Of a stretch of 64,000 nucleotides of DNA, positions 19,353 through 30,839 are shown piece by piece (the stretch's first letter is position 1; each line of letters opens with the position of its first letter). The stretch covers positions 256,001-320,000 of the forward strand of contig CAJWLU010000001.1 in assembly GCA_913043225.1 (NCBI GenBank). The letters are read 5' to 3'. The position numbers and the translations under genes are program-made. This stretch comes from an uncultured Acidobacteriota bacterium. GTDB lineage: Bacteria > Acidobacteriota > Vicinamibacteria > Vicinamibacterales > UBA8438. The notes under the pieces are model-generated. The model worked only from the letters and a program-made list of their open reading frames with translations. It was not told where the DNA came from and searched no databases.

Positions 19353-21440
19353 ATGTCAGAACGTCGAATCGTCACGCTAGCCGCCGCCACACTGCTCGTC
19401 TCATCACCCGCACTCGCCCAGTCGCGCGGGCTCCTTCCGACTGACTACTACCAAGAGGTTGGGGTCGGAGAGGTCGCCATCTCGCCCGATGGTGCACTCG
19501 TGGCCTTCACCGTCACCACGAACGACGAGGTGGAAAATCGGAGACATCGGGAGATCTGGCTACAGGAGCTGCGAGGCGGCAGACCCGAAGGCGACGCGTT
19601 TCGCTTCACCGACCCGACGCAGGAAGCGAGCGCACCACGCTGGTCTCCGGATAGCCACCTGCTGAGCTTTCAGTCTCGTCGCGGAGACGGCGCCGGTAAT
19701 GGCACCACCTGGTTCGCCCGCGTGACCTTCCCCGGCGGCGAGGCTTACCAGATCGAAGGCGTGCGGGGTGCCCCCGTGTGGTCGCCTGACGGCGCCTGGC
19801 TCGCGTATGTGGCCCGTCCGGAGACCGGAGGCGAGGAACCAGGCGAACGGGAAGGCTGGATCGCGCCAGACGCCGTCACGGACACGCTGGTCGCCGAGCG
19901 CTTCGACGGCCGGGTCATCACCTCGACCCGCTACAAGCGGGATGGCACTCTGAGCTTGCTGCCGCACTACCAAACGCAACCGAAACGCCAGCTATTCGTC
20001 GTCCAGGCTAACGGAGGCGAGCCGGTGCAACGGACCGACCTACCATTCGACGTCGGCGCTCCGGTGTGGTCAGCCAACGGCGAGCACATCTACTTCACGA
20101 GCGACGAGGACGAGGACGACGAGCTCAGGTTCACCCTCACGTCGAACATCTATCTGGTAGGACGAGAGGACGGCGAGCCGGAAACACTGACCTCCAATCC
20201 CGGCAGCGAGACCGCACCGGTAGTCTCGCCCGACGGAACCAAGCTGGCCTTCCTCCAATCCCGAGCCCGGGGAGAACCCACCGACATCCGGGTCGTGAAC
20301 CTAGCGACGGACGGCAGTTTCCGTGGGCTTCCGCGCAATCTGACGTCGGACTGGGAGTACATCCCAGGCCCCCCGAGCTGGACAGCCACCGGCGAGGCGG
20401 TCCGTTTCGTGGCCGGAATCTCCGGCAACAGCCACGTGTACGAGCTCTCGATCACCGGTGACCTCATCCGACAGGTCACCGACGGCGACCGGCAGGTGCG
20501 ATCGCTCAGCGCGACCAGCGATGACCTGGTCATGGCCTATACCGTGACCGATGCGATCTCGCCAGCCGAGGTGTACGTCAACCGGAGCGACGGCACCCTC
20601 CAGCAGCGGATCACGAGCTTCAACGACGGCTGGCTAAACGAGATCGCACTACAGCCGGCAGAGCCACTGACCTGGTCCGTCGAGGACGGCACGGAGATCG
20701 AAGGGTGGGTCGTCCGTCCGGTCGACTACGTCGACGGCGGGTCCTACCCGATGGTGGTGAAGATCCATGGCGGGCCGTACGGCGCCTACGGCAACAGGTT
20801 CTTCCGGACATTCCACGTCCTGTCAAATGCCGGCTTCTTCGTCCTCTACACGAATCCACGTGGCTCGACCGGCTACGGCCACGACTTCATGTACGCGGCG
20901 ACGCCAGGGTGGGGAGAAGTCGACTCGGAGGACATCCTGACTGGCATCGATGCCGCGTTGGCCGCCTATCCGGACATCGACCCCGCTCGGATCGGCGTCT
21001 CAGGCGGCAGCTACGGCGGCTTCATGACGAACTGGTTGACGGCAACCACCGACCGGTTCGCGGCCGCCGTCACCAGCCGATCGATCGCGGACTGGACCAG
21101 CCTGTACGGATCGAGCGACGCGCAGGGCCTGCTGGAGTTCGCCTTCGGAGGCCCACCCTGGGAGCAGCGTGAACTCTACGACCGACTCTCGCCGATCAGG
21201 TATGTCGAGAACGTGACCGCGCCGACACTGATCATCCACAGCGAGAACGACTACCGAACACCGATCGGCGACGGCGAAAAGTGGTTTATGACGCTGAAGC
21301 ACCGGGAGATCCCGACTGAGTTGGTCCGCTATCCCCGATCGAGCCACGGGCTGTCTCGCACCGGAGAACCCTGGCTACTGGTCGACCGGCTTGAGCGGCT
21401 CCGAAGCTGGTTCGTCCACTGGCTCGGTAACGACACCTAG
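19353..21440 (+). CDS. S9 family peptidase (dipeptidyl/acylaminoacyl peptidase) with PD40 propeller
   Basis: IHGGP, NPRGSTGYG, GGSYGG nucleophile, DYR, SHG; WSPD repeats; signal peptide. Confidence 0.93.
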   Translation: MSERRIVTLAAATLLVSSPALAQSRGLLPTDYYQEVGVGEVAISPDGALVAFTVTTNDEVENRRHREIWLQELRGGRPEGDAFRFTDPTQEASAPRWSPDSHLLSFQSRRGDGAGNGTTWFARVTFPGGEAYQIEGVRGAPVWSPDGAWLAYVARPETGGEEPGEREGWIAPDAVTDTLVAERFDGRVITSTRYKRDGTLSLLPHYQTQPKRQLFVVQANGGEPVQRTDLPFDVGAPVWSANGEHIYFTSDEDEDDELRFTLTSNIYLVGREDGEPETLTSNPGSETAPVVSPDGTKLAFLQSRARGEPTDIRVVNLATDGSFRGLPRNLTSDWEYIPGPPSWTATGEAVRFVAGISGNSHVYELSITGDLIRQVTDGDRQVRSLSATSDDLVMAYTVTDAISPAEVYVNRSDGTLQQRITSFNDGWLNEIALQPAEPLTWSVEDGTEIEGWVVRPVDYVDGGSYPMVVKIHGGPYGAYGNRFFRTFHVLSNAGFFVLYTNPRGSTGYGHDFMYAATPGWGEVDSEDILTGIDAALAAYPDIDPARIGVSGGSYGGFMTNWLTATTDRFAAAVTSRSIADWTSLYGSSDAQGLLEFAFGGPPWEQRELYDRLSPIRYVENVTAPTLIIHSENDYRTPIGDGEKWFMTLKHREIPTELVRYPRSSHGLSRTGEPWLLVDRLERLRSWFVHWLGNDT

Positions 21441-21475
21441 ACCGGTGGACAGGAGTAGCCAGGCGGGCAGAGCAC

Positions 21476-23044
21476 CTACCTTTCTGCGCCAGCGCCGTCC
21501 CTGGCCGGCGGCGCGGTGGCGGACGACATCTCCTGTAGCATCTCGCTGGCGGAAATGCCGGTCCAGCAGTGACCGCGACCGGCGCCATACTCGATCCGGA
21601 CGTCGAGACCCGGACGCGAGGCGAGCCAGCCGTCAAGTAAGTGAACGGCATCCTCCAGGAAGTAGTCGTCCATCTCGCCCACCCAAATGTTCAGCTTTCC
21701 CTTGAGCTGTGGCGCCAGCTGGTCCCAGCCCACCTCGAGCACCCGTCGCAGATCGTAGCGCTCCCACTGGCGCGCCACGGCTCGATCGAGACGACCGGTC
21801 ACCGGATCCCACAGCGGCTGCGGCAGGCCATCCGGGCCGCGCGGCCCGTAGGCGGCGTTCCAGGCCCCCCACTGGCCTCCCGACATCGTCCAGCGGTCGC
21901 CCTCGCCCAGCACATTCTCGAGCCGGAGCTCATGACGCATGGTGAAGCGGATCTCGCCGTCACGCCCCCGGGCGCTCGCCAGGTCATCGCCGCGCGCGTC
22001 GAGATAGGCGCTGTCGTCGGCATAGATGTTCACCAGCTGGAACCCGCGGAAGTCGACGCTGTCCGGGCACGAGGCCCAGGCGCCGCCGAAATAGTCCGGG
22101 TAGAAGATCTGGAGCGCCAGCGAGACCCACCCCCCAGTCGAGCTTCCGTCGAGCACGCGCGATCCAGCACGACCCAGTCCCCGGAACCGCTCCTCGACAT
22201 AGGGAATCAGCTCCTGGGTCACCGCATCGCCATACGGTCCGTTGTTCGCCGAGTTGACCTGATACGGATCCCCGAATGGTCCGGTCCCGTCGAGGTGCAG
22301 CAGGAGCATCTGCGGCGCATCATCAGCCATCCAGGCAGCTCGGAACGGATGGCCGGGACGCATCAGGCGGCGGATGGCCGTGTATCTGGCGCCGTAGCCC
22401 CCGGTTCGCACGCGGACGGGGTACTTCCGATCAGGCTCATCGTCATAGCGAACTGGCAGGATCACGCCTGCTCGCAGGTAGATCGGCCGGCCGTGGAACG
22501 ACGACAGCAGTTCGGAGCGGATCCGGACGTAGCGCAGCAGCCCATCGTCGGCAGGCAGGGTCTCAGGCGGAAGCTCCTGGTCCAAATGCAGGCGGATGAC
22601 AGCACCGGCCTCAGCACCAAGAGTCACGGACACGGGCCGGCTATACTGGGTGCCCGGCGCCGTCGGCGAACGCAGGTCGCGGTTGGTGAGGAGCACCGCT
22701 TGTACGGCATAGGTTCCAGGTTCTAGGTCCTCAAGATCTTCCAGCGGAAACAGTGCTGACGTTCCATCGAGCGTCACCGTCTGCCCCGGCGTAAACCCCC
22801 GCACATCGCGACCAAGGATAGGTGAAGCGCCGGTCCCAGTCCTGCCGATCAACCGCCGCGGCTCCGGGTTACCTGCGGGTGCCAGCACCACCAGCAGCCG
22901 GCCGTCCGACTGCGGCGACATGGACACTTCGAGGGTGACCTCGAAGCGCGGGCCGGCTGGGGATTGGGCCTGGCTCTCGACCGCGAGAGCGAACGCCGCG
23001 AGAGAGGTCGCAGCAAGAAACGAGAGGATCGACGCACGGCACAT
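21476..23044 (-). CDS. exported alpha/beta-hydrolase (putative esterase family)
   Basis: NSANNGPYGDA, ELIPYVE, GSSTGGW nucleophile elbow, late Asp and GHCW; signal peptide from ATG 23044. Confidence 0.8.
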   Translation of the reverse strand: MCRASILSFLAATSLAAFALAVESQAQSPAGPRFEVTLEVSMSPQSDGRLLVVLAPAGNPEPRRLIGRTGTGASPILGRDVRGFTPGQTVTLDGTSALFPLEDLEDLEPGTYAVQAVLLTNRDLRSPTAPGTQYSRPVSVTLGAEAGAVIRLHLDQELPPETLPADDGLLRYVRIRSELLSSFHGRPIYLRAGVILPVRYDDEPDRKYPVRVRTGGYGARYTAIRRLMRPGHPFRAAWMADDAPQMLLLHLDGTGPFGDPYQVNSANNGPYGDAVTQELIPYVEERFRGLGRAGSRVLDGSSTGGWVSLALQIFYPDYFGGAWASCPDSVDFRGFQLVNIYADDSAYLDARGDDLASARGRDGEIRFTMRHELRLENVLGEGDRWTMSGGQWGAWNAAYGPRGPDGLPQPLWDPVTGRLDRAVARQWERYDLRRVLEVGWDQLAPQLKGKLNIWVGEMDDYFLEDAVHLLDGWLASRPGLDVRIEYGAGRGHCWTGISASEMLQEMSSATAPPARDGAGAER

Positions 23045-23213
23045 AGAGCGAGTGTACTGGGCGACGTCGGCGCCGCTTTTTTGCCTTCGGACAAGCGTAC
23101 ACCACCAAAGGCGTTGACCGCCCGCCAGACGACATCGTCGGTACCCTGGCATGGAACGGCGCGGGCTGTTCCCGTAGAATGTGGAGTCGCTCAACTGACC
23201 TGGAGCCTGGTCG

Positions 23214-24218
23214 ATGTCTATTCACGTTACCCGACCCTCAGGCCGTCCCCTCGTGGGCGTCTGCTTCTTGGCCCTGGTGGCGCTCGTTGCCGCCTGTAGC
23301 CCACAAGGGTTGACGAGTCTCACACAGCGACTGTCGGTCGCCACGGGAGGCACCGGCGGCGTCTACTACCCGTACGGTGGCGGCGTTGCCCAGGTCATCA
23401 GCGATCATCTCGAGGGCGTAGAAGCGACCGCCGAGGTAACCGCGGGCACCGTCGACAACCTAAAGTTCATTGCCAACCGCGGCGCCGACCTCGCGTTCGC
23501 GCTGGCAGACACGCTCGACGACGCGGCCGCCGGTCGCAACGCCTTCGCCGAGTTCGGCGAGGTGCCAGCGCGCGCCATCGCCGTTCTCTACGACAACCTC
23601 AACCAGTTGGTGACACTCGAAGGTAAAGAGATCGAAACGGTCGGCGACCTGCGTGAGCGGATCATCTCGACGGGCGCCCCCGGGAGCGGCACTGAAGTCA
23701 CGGCCCTGCGTATTCTGGCGTCCGCCGGGATCGACCCCGACGCCGACATTCGCCGACAAAGCCTCGGTGCAGCCCAGTCAGTTGATGCGCTGAAGGACGA
23801 TAAGATAGACGCCTTCTTCTGGAGCGGCGGCATCCCGACCGGCTCTGTACTGGATCTCGCGTCGACCCCGGGACGCACTGTGAAGCTCGTCACCAACACG
23901 GACGCCATCGACTTCCTCCACGAGAACTATGGCCAGGTCTATCGACCGTCGACCATCTCGAGTCTCACCTATCCCGGCATGAGCGGCGACGTGGAGGCGA
24001 TCGCGGTGGCGAACGTCCTCGTGGCCCACGCGGAGATGACTGACGAGCTGGCTTACCAGATCACGCAGGCGCTGTTCGAGCACCACGACGAGCTGGCCGC
24101 GGTACACCCCGAGGCAGCCAAGCTGTCCATCGACACGGCGGTGACTGGATCGACCGTGCCGTTCCACCCCGGAGCGATCCGCTACTACGAGGAACAAGGC
24201 GCCTGGCCGGGGTCTTGA
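23214..24218 (+). CDS. TAXI-family TRAP transporter solute-binding lipoprotein
   Basis: ATGGTGGVYYPYG, GAPGSGTE, PFHPGAIRYY; lipobox VAAC. Confidence 0.93.
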   Translation: MSIHVTRPSGRPLVGVCFLALVALVAACSPQGLTSLTQRLSVATGGTGGVYYPYGGGVAQVISDHLEGVEATAEVTAGTVDNLKFIANRGADLAFALADTLDDAAAGRNAFAEFGEVPARAIAVLYDNLNQLVTLEGKEIETVGDLRERIISTGAPGSGTEVTALRILASAGIDPDADIRRQSLGAAQSVDALKDDKIDAFFWSGGIPTGSVLDLASTPGRTVKLVTNTDAIDFLHENYGQVYRPSTISSLTYPGMSGDVEAIAVANVLVAHAEMTDELAYQITQALFEHHDELAAVHPEAAKLSIDTAVTGSTVPFHPGAIRYYEEQGAWPGS

Positions 24219-24268
24219 CTCGGTCCACGGGGGCCTAACGCTTCCCCCAGGCTTCCGGAGCCCACACT

Positions 24269-26195
24269 CTGTCTACAGAGCCCGTCCACCAAATCGATCC
24301 GCGAGACGACCCGGACGCCGAAGTCCCAACTCGGCAGCTCAGCGGCCTGTCCGAGTGGTTCGTTACCGCGCTCGCTGCCGGACTCTCGCTCTATGCGCTG
24401 TACTGGGTGATCGGTATCGTCCAGCCGCAGGTCTACCGGGTTAGCTTTCTACTGATCACGTTGGTGCTGACCTTCGTGCTCTACCCTGCCATTCCGGCCT
24501 GGCGGGCCCGGGTCGGTTGGGGCGACTGGACCCTAGCACTTGTCTCGGTCCTGGTACTCGCTTGGCCCATCGTCGACTTCGAGAACTTCGTACGCCGAGC
24601 CGCCACCCCCAGCGAACTCGACATCCTGTTCGGCGTCGTCACGACACTTCTCGTGATGGAGGCGACACGCCGCACCGTCGGCTGGATCCTGCCGGTGACC
24701 GCCGCCGGGTTCCTGCTGTACGGCTACTACGGCCCCTATCTCGAACTCGTTGGGCTGGAGATCATGGCGCACCGCGGCTACACGGTGGGCCGGCTGGCCG
24801 GGACCTTGTACATGACCCTGGAAGGCATCTTCGGGGTACCGCTGAACGTCGCGTCGACCTACATCGTGCTGTTCACGATTTTCGGTGCCATGCTCCAGCA
24901 TTCCGGAGCCGGGCAGTTCTTCATCAACTGGACGATGTCGGCCTTCGGACGATCGGCCAGCGGCGCTGGGCCCGGCCGCACGGTCACCATGTCCGGTTTT
25001 CTACTCGGCACGGTGTCGGGAAGCGGCGTGGCCACCACGGTCACGCTGGGGGCAGTCGCGTGGCCCATGCTCCGGAGAGCCGGGTTCACCCCAGAGGTCG
25101 GCGGCGGGATTCTCTCGGCCAGTGGCATCGGGGCCATCATGGCCCCGCCGACAATGGGCGCGGCTGCCTTCCTGATCGCGGAATTCCTGCAGATCACCTA
25201 TCTCCAGGTGATCCTGATGGCGATCGTGCCAGCGGTGCTTTACTACCTGTCTATCGTCCTGATGATCGAGGCCGACGCCAGGCGACTCGGCACCCAGGCA
25301 GTGAATGTCGACCTGCCGTCGGTGGGCGAGCTAACTCGGCGGTCCGGCTACCAATTCGTGCCGCTGATCTCGATCGTGGTCCTGTTGGTCTCCGGCATGA
25401 CGCCATTCCGCGCGGTGTTCCTGGCCACGCTGATTGCCATAGCGCTCAGTTTCGTTCGCCGTGAGACGGCCCTCCGACCGGCGCGCCTGGTCACGGCGCT
25501 CGAAACCGGCGGCCGCGCCGTTCTGGCGGTTGCCTCCACCACGGCCACCGCTGGAATTATCGTGGGCGTCGTGACCCTGACCGGTCTCGGTCTCAAGATC
25601 TCGAACATCATCGTCGACTTGGCCGGTGGCAACCTGTTCCTGACGGTGCTCTACGCGGCTGTGGCGGTCTGGATGCTGGGACTGGCCGTGCCGGTGACCG
25701 CCTCCTACATCATCGCCGCGGTCATGATCGTGCCGGCGCTTACAACCATCGGAGTGCCCGAGGTAGCGGCGCACATGTTTATTTTCTATTACGCGGTGCT
25801 CTCAGAGGTCAGCCCGCCCACAGCGCTCTCCCCATTCGCGGCTGCGGCCATCACCGGTGGGAACCCGTTCAAGACGATGATGCTGACCTGGAAGTACACG
25901 CTTCCGGCCTTCCTCGTTCCGTTTGCCTTCACGCTGAGCCCGGAGGGGCTGGGCGTCCTGCTGCAAGCACCAGCCACCGACATTGTCGTGACAGTAGGCA
26001 CGGCGGTAGTGGGGATCCTGGCCCTGGCCATGGGCCTCGGAGGCTGGCTCCGTCAGGAAGCGACCACGCTGGAGCGCACCGTGGCCACCATCGGCGGTCT
26101 GCTGCTTTTCTACGCCACGACCATCACCGACATCGCGGGAGCGGCGCTGTTCGTGTTCGCGATCGGGCTACACCTCGCGCGACCCGTCAAATCCA

Positions 26196-26224
<29 letters not shown>
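24269..26224 (+). CDS. TRAP transporter fused 4TM/12TM permease
   Basis: EATRR, EGIFG, PPTMGAAAF, HMFIFYYA and VSPP motifs. The frame is open upstream of GTG 24407 and encodes TM1; a CTG start at 24269 is proposed. Confidence 0.9.
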
Positions 26225-27872
<1,648 letters not shown>

Positions 27873-27978
27873 CGTGCGTGTTCTCGAAAAACAGGTGTCA
27901 GGAGACAGAAGACAGGAGCTTGCGGTAGAGTCACCACCAAGCCCGTCTCGTCGATGCGCGTGCCTCCCAGTCTATCGC

Positions 27979-29070
27979 ATGTCTGAAACGTCACCGTCGG
28001 CGTCTCCGTCGCCTGACGACCCGCCGGCGCCACGCGCCAAGCCGCGCCGGTCTCGCCGTCGCCCGGTCTGGGCGAGATGGCCGGACGAGAAACTGCTCGA
28101 TGTCCGGATGTGCGATCTGGGCGTCAGCATCGAGGGCACTGCGGTCGAGCGCCGCATCAACGACCTCAACCGGGAGCTCGCAGCACGCGGGATCATCTTC
28201 CGTGCGCACTTCTGGATCGCGGATGAATGGTTCACGCCGGACGACGTTCCAGGTGTGGCGGTGCCCTTCTACCTCGTGCACCCCCGGCTGGCGCAACTGG
28301 AGCTGGCGCAAATGCTGGAGGTAGAGGGCGGCTCCAAAGACTGGTGCCTGCGGATTCTGCGTCACGAGGTGGGCCACGCCATCGATAACGCCTACCGGCT
28401 GCAACGGCGCCGCAGACGCCAGAAGCTCTTCGGGCTGTCGTCCACCCAGTATCCTGAGTACTACACGCCGCGCCCCTACAGTAAGAGCTTCGTACTCCAC
28501 CTCGACTCGTGGTACGCACAGAGCCACCCGGACGAGGACTTCGCCGAAACGTTCGCAGTCTGGCTGAACCCCCGATCCGACTGGCCCAGACGCTATGCGG
28601 ACTGGCCGGCGCTGAAGAAGCTCGAGTACGTGGACCTGGTGATGCGCGAGATCGCCGGGACGGACCCGGTAGTCACCACGCGTCGGACGGTCGATTCCCT
28701 ACCGAGCTTGCGCAAAACCCTACGGCAGCACTACCAGGAAAAGAGGCGTCGATTCGGACTCGACTACCCCAATTTCTACGACCGTGACCTCCGGCGTCTG
28801 TTCTCGGACGCTCCCGAACATGCCGGCAACCTGACCGCGGCTCGGTTCCTGACGCGCGTGCGCCGGGACGTCCGGCGGCGGGTAGCGCGGTGGACTGGTG
28901 AGTACCAGTATCGGATCGACCAGGTCCTCAACGACATGATCGAGCGTTGCGACGCGATCCAACTGCACCTGGCCAACCCCGAAGACAGTAGCAAGCTCGA
29001 CTTCATGGTGCTGCTGACCGTGCAGACGATGAACTACCTGCATGGCGGCCGCCATCGGATCGCTCTGTGA
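27979..29070 (+). CDS. putative zinc-binding metallopeptidase (zincin-like)
   Basis: LRHEVGHAID (HExxH) and YAQSHPDEDFAETF; overlaps the next gene by 4 bp (GTGA). Confidence 0.85.
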   Translation: MSETSPSASPSPDDPPAPRAKPRRSRRRPVWARWPDEKLLDVRMCDLGVSIEGTAVERRINDLNRELAARGIIFRAHFWIADEWFTPDDVPGVAVPFYLVHPRLAQLELAQMLEVEGGSKDWCLRILRHEVGHAIDNAYRLQRRRRRQKLFGLSSTQYPEYYTPRPYSKSFVLHLDSWYAQSHPDEDFAETFAVWLNPRSDWPRRYADWPALKKLEYVDLVMREIAGTDPVVTTRRTVDSLPSLRKTLRQHYQEKRRRFGLDYPNFYDRDLRRLFSDAPEHAGNLTAARFLTRVRRDVRRRVARWTGEYQYRIDQVLNDMIERCDAIQLHLANPEDSSKLDFMVLLTVQTMNYLHGGRHRIAL

Positions 29071-30089
29071 AGAAACTTCGAGTGCTCGCCCTGATGCACG
29101 ACTACATGGTCCCTCCTGACGATGTCCAGGGGGTCGACGTGGTCAATGCACTCTGGAAAACTGAGTACGACGTCACGAACACGCTGGCCGCGATGGGCCA
29201 CGACGTCTATTCCCTTGGGCTCGCCGACGGGCTTGGCCCGATCCGAGACGCGATCGACGAGGTCCGCCCCCACCTCGCCTTCAACCTGATGGAGGCGTTC
29301 CACGAAGTCGGCACCTTCGACCAGAACGTGGTCAGCCATCTCGAGCTACTTCGGCTGCGTTACACCGGCTGCAACCCACGGGGGCTGATCCTCACGCGCG
29401 ACAAGGCACTAGCCAAGAAGGTGCTCGCCTATGACGGCATCCCGGTGCCGGCGTTCGCGATCTTCCAGATCGGCCGCCTGGTGCGGCGCCCGACCCGGCT
29501 GCAATTTCCACTCATCGTCAAGTCCCTAACCCAAGACGCCTCGTTTGGAATCTCTCAGGCGTCGGTTGTCAACGACGACATCAAGCTCCGTGAGCGGGTG
29601 CTCTACATCCACGAAAGCCTGGGTACCGACGCCATCGTGGAGCAGTACATCAAGGGGCGCGAGCTCTACGTGGGCGTTATCGGCAACGACCGGCTGCACG
29701 CCTATCCGGTGTGGGAGATGAAATTCACCAACATGCCTGAGGGCGCGCACCGGATCGCCACCGCCCGGGTAAAGTGGAGCACAGCGTATCAACGCAAACA
29801 CGGTATCCGCTGTGGCAAGGCGCGCCTGCCTCGTCCCGGATTGGAGGAGTATCTGCAGTTTCTCGCCAAGCGCGTGTATCACCTGCTACAGATGAACGGC
29901 TACGGCCGGATTGACATCCGGTTAGATGAAGACGGACAACCGTGGGTGCTCGAAGCCAACGCCAACCCGCAGCTCGCCTACGGCGAGGACTTAGCCGAAT
30001 CAGCCCACCACGAGGGCGTCAGCTACGAAGCACTCCTGCAGCAAATCCTTAACGCCGGATTGCAGTGGAAAGCGGATCGGGCAGGCTAG
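29067..30089 (+). CDS. ATP-grasp ligase, D-Ala-D-Ala ligase-like but not canonical Ddl
   Basis: YTGC, DKALAK, FPLIVK, EQYIKGRE, YGRIDIRL, LEANANP; lacks the Ddl N-terminal GGxSxE motif. Confidence 0.88.
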   Translation: MKKLRVLALMHDYMVPPDDVQGVDVVNALWKTEYDVTNTLAAMGHDVYSLGLADGLGPIRDAIDEVRPHLAFNLMEAFHEVGTFDQNVVSHLELLRLRYTGCNPRGLILTRDKALAKKVLAYDGIPVPAFAIFQIGRLVRRPTRLQFPLIVKSLTQDASFGISQASVVNDDIKLRERVLYIHESLGTDAIVEQYIKGRELYVGVIGNDRLHAYPVWEMKFTNMPEGAHRIATARVKWSTAYQRKHGIRCGKARLPRPGLEEYLQFLAKRVYHLLQMNGYGRIDIRLDEDGQPWVLEANANPQLAYGEDLAESAHHEGVSYEALLQQILNAGLQWKADRAG

Positions 30090-30094
30090 GCGGA

Positions 30095-30811
30095 CTATTG
30101 GCTGGCGAGGATGAACTCGACCTCGGTAGTCTGGCCGGCCTCGACGGTCACTGTCTGAGGCACGGCGCCGAGCACCTCATGCCAGATCGTCACCTTGTGA
30201 GTCCCGGCCGGGACCTGCCCAATGAAAAACGCCCCCTCGGCGCCGCTCACTGCGCCGAGGTCGTTACTCACCACGATCCAGGCACGCATCCATCCATGTG
30301 AGTCGCACTCGATCCGTACGACGCCCGGACGGCGAAGCGGTCGATTGACCTCCATCCCCGAAAACGGCATGGCGATGTTGAAGTCCGTCCGTTGCCGATC
30401 GTCGTAAGAATGGGTGGAGTGCAACGTCTCGTCCTGGCTGGTCACCAGAAGCATGGACCGCGTGGGAGCAATCTGGACATGCGGCACGAACTGGCACCCG
30501 ATATTGTCGATCTTCGGTGGCGCCACGCCCTCCGGCCACGCGACACCGACCAGTCGGATCACCGCATTAGCGACCCGCCCGTCTGCGTCGGCCACGATCT
30601 CCTCGTTCGGCACCGTGTCACCACACACGGCCTGATCGGCATTGACGCTGAGGACCGACGGGGCAGGAGGGTCCTCCATCCGCACGACGCCTCGGATGGT
30701 GCCCGTAGCCTGGACTTCGCCGGCCGTCACGCCGGCGGTTATCAGCGCACCTCCGATCAGGGCGACCGACAGCGTAAGACCGAGCCCTAAATGACGTGCC
30801 GCTCGCCTCAT
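30095..30811 (-). CDS. exported carboxypeptidase-regulatory-like / cupredoxin-like protein
   Basis: Signal peptide; CQFVPHV, LHSTH, CDSHGWM (C-x2-H-x2-M), VPAGTHKVTIWHE; GAGGAG SD. Confidence 0.75.
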   Translation of the reverse strand: MRRAARHLGLGLTLSVALIGGALITAGVTAGEVQATGTIRGVVRMEDPPAPSVLSVNADQAVCGDTVPNEEIVADADGRVANAVIRLVGVAWPEGVAPPKIDNIGCQFVPHVQIAPTRSMLLVTSQDETLHSTHSYDDRQRTDFNIAMPFSGMEVNRPLRRPGVVRIECDSHGWMRAWIVVSNDLGAVSGAEGAFFIGQVPAGTHKVTIWHEVLGAVPQTVTVEAGQTTEVEFILASQ

Positions 30812-30839
30812 GTCTCTCCTCTTCCTGACGTCGTTGGCC

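Noticed and set aside
27893..27918. AGGAGACAGAAGACAGGAG micro-repeat as a CRISPR or tandem array
   Set aside because: Only two to three 7-nt units, with no spacers or cas genes.
29067..30089. Annotation as ddl or van-type resistance ligase
   Set aside because: It lacks the Ddl N-terminal motif and has no cell-wall or van gene context.
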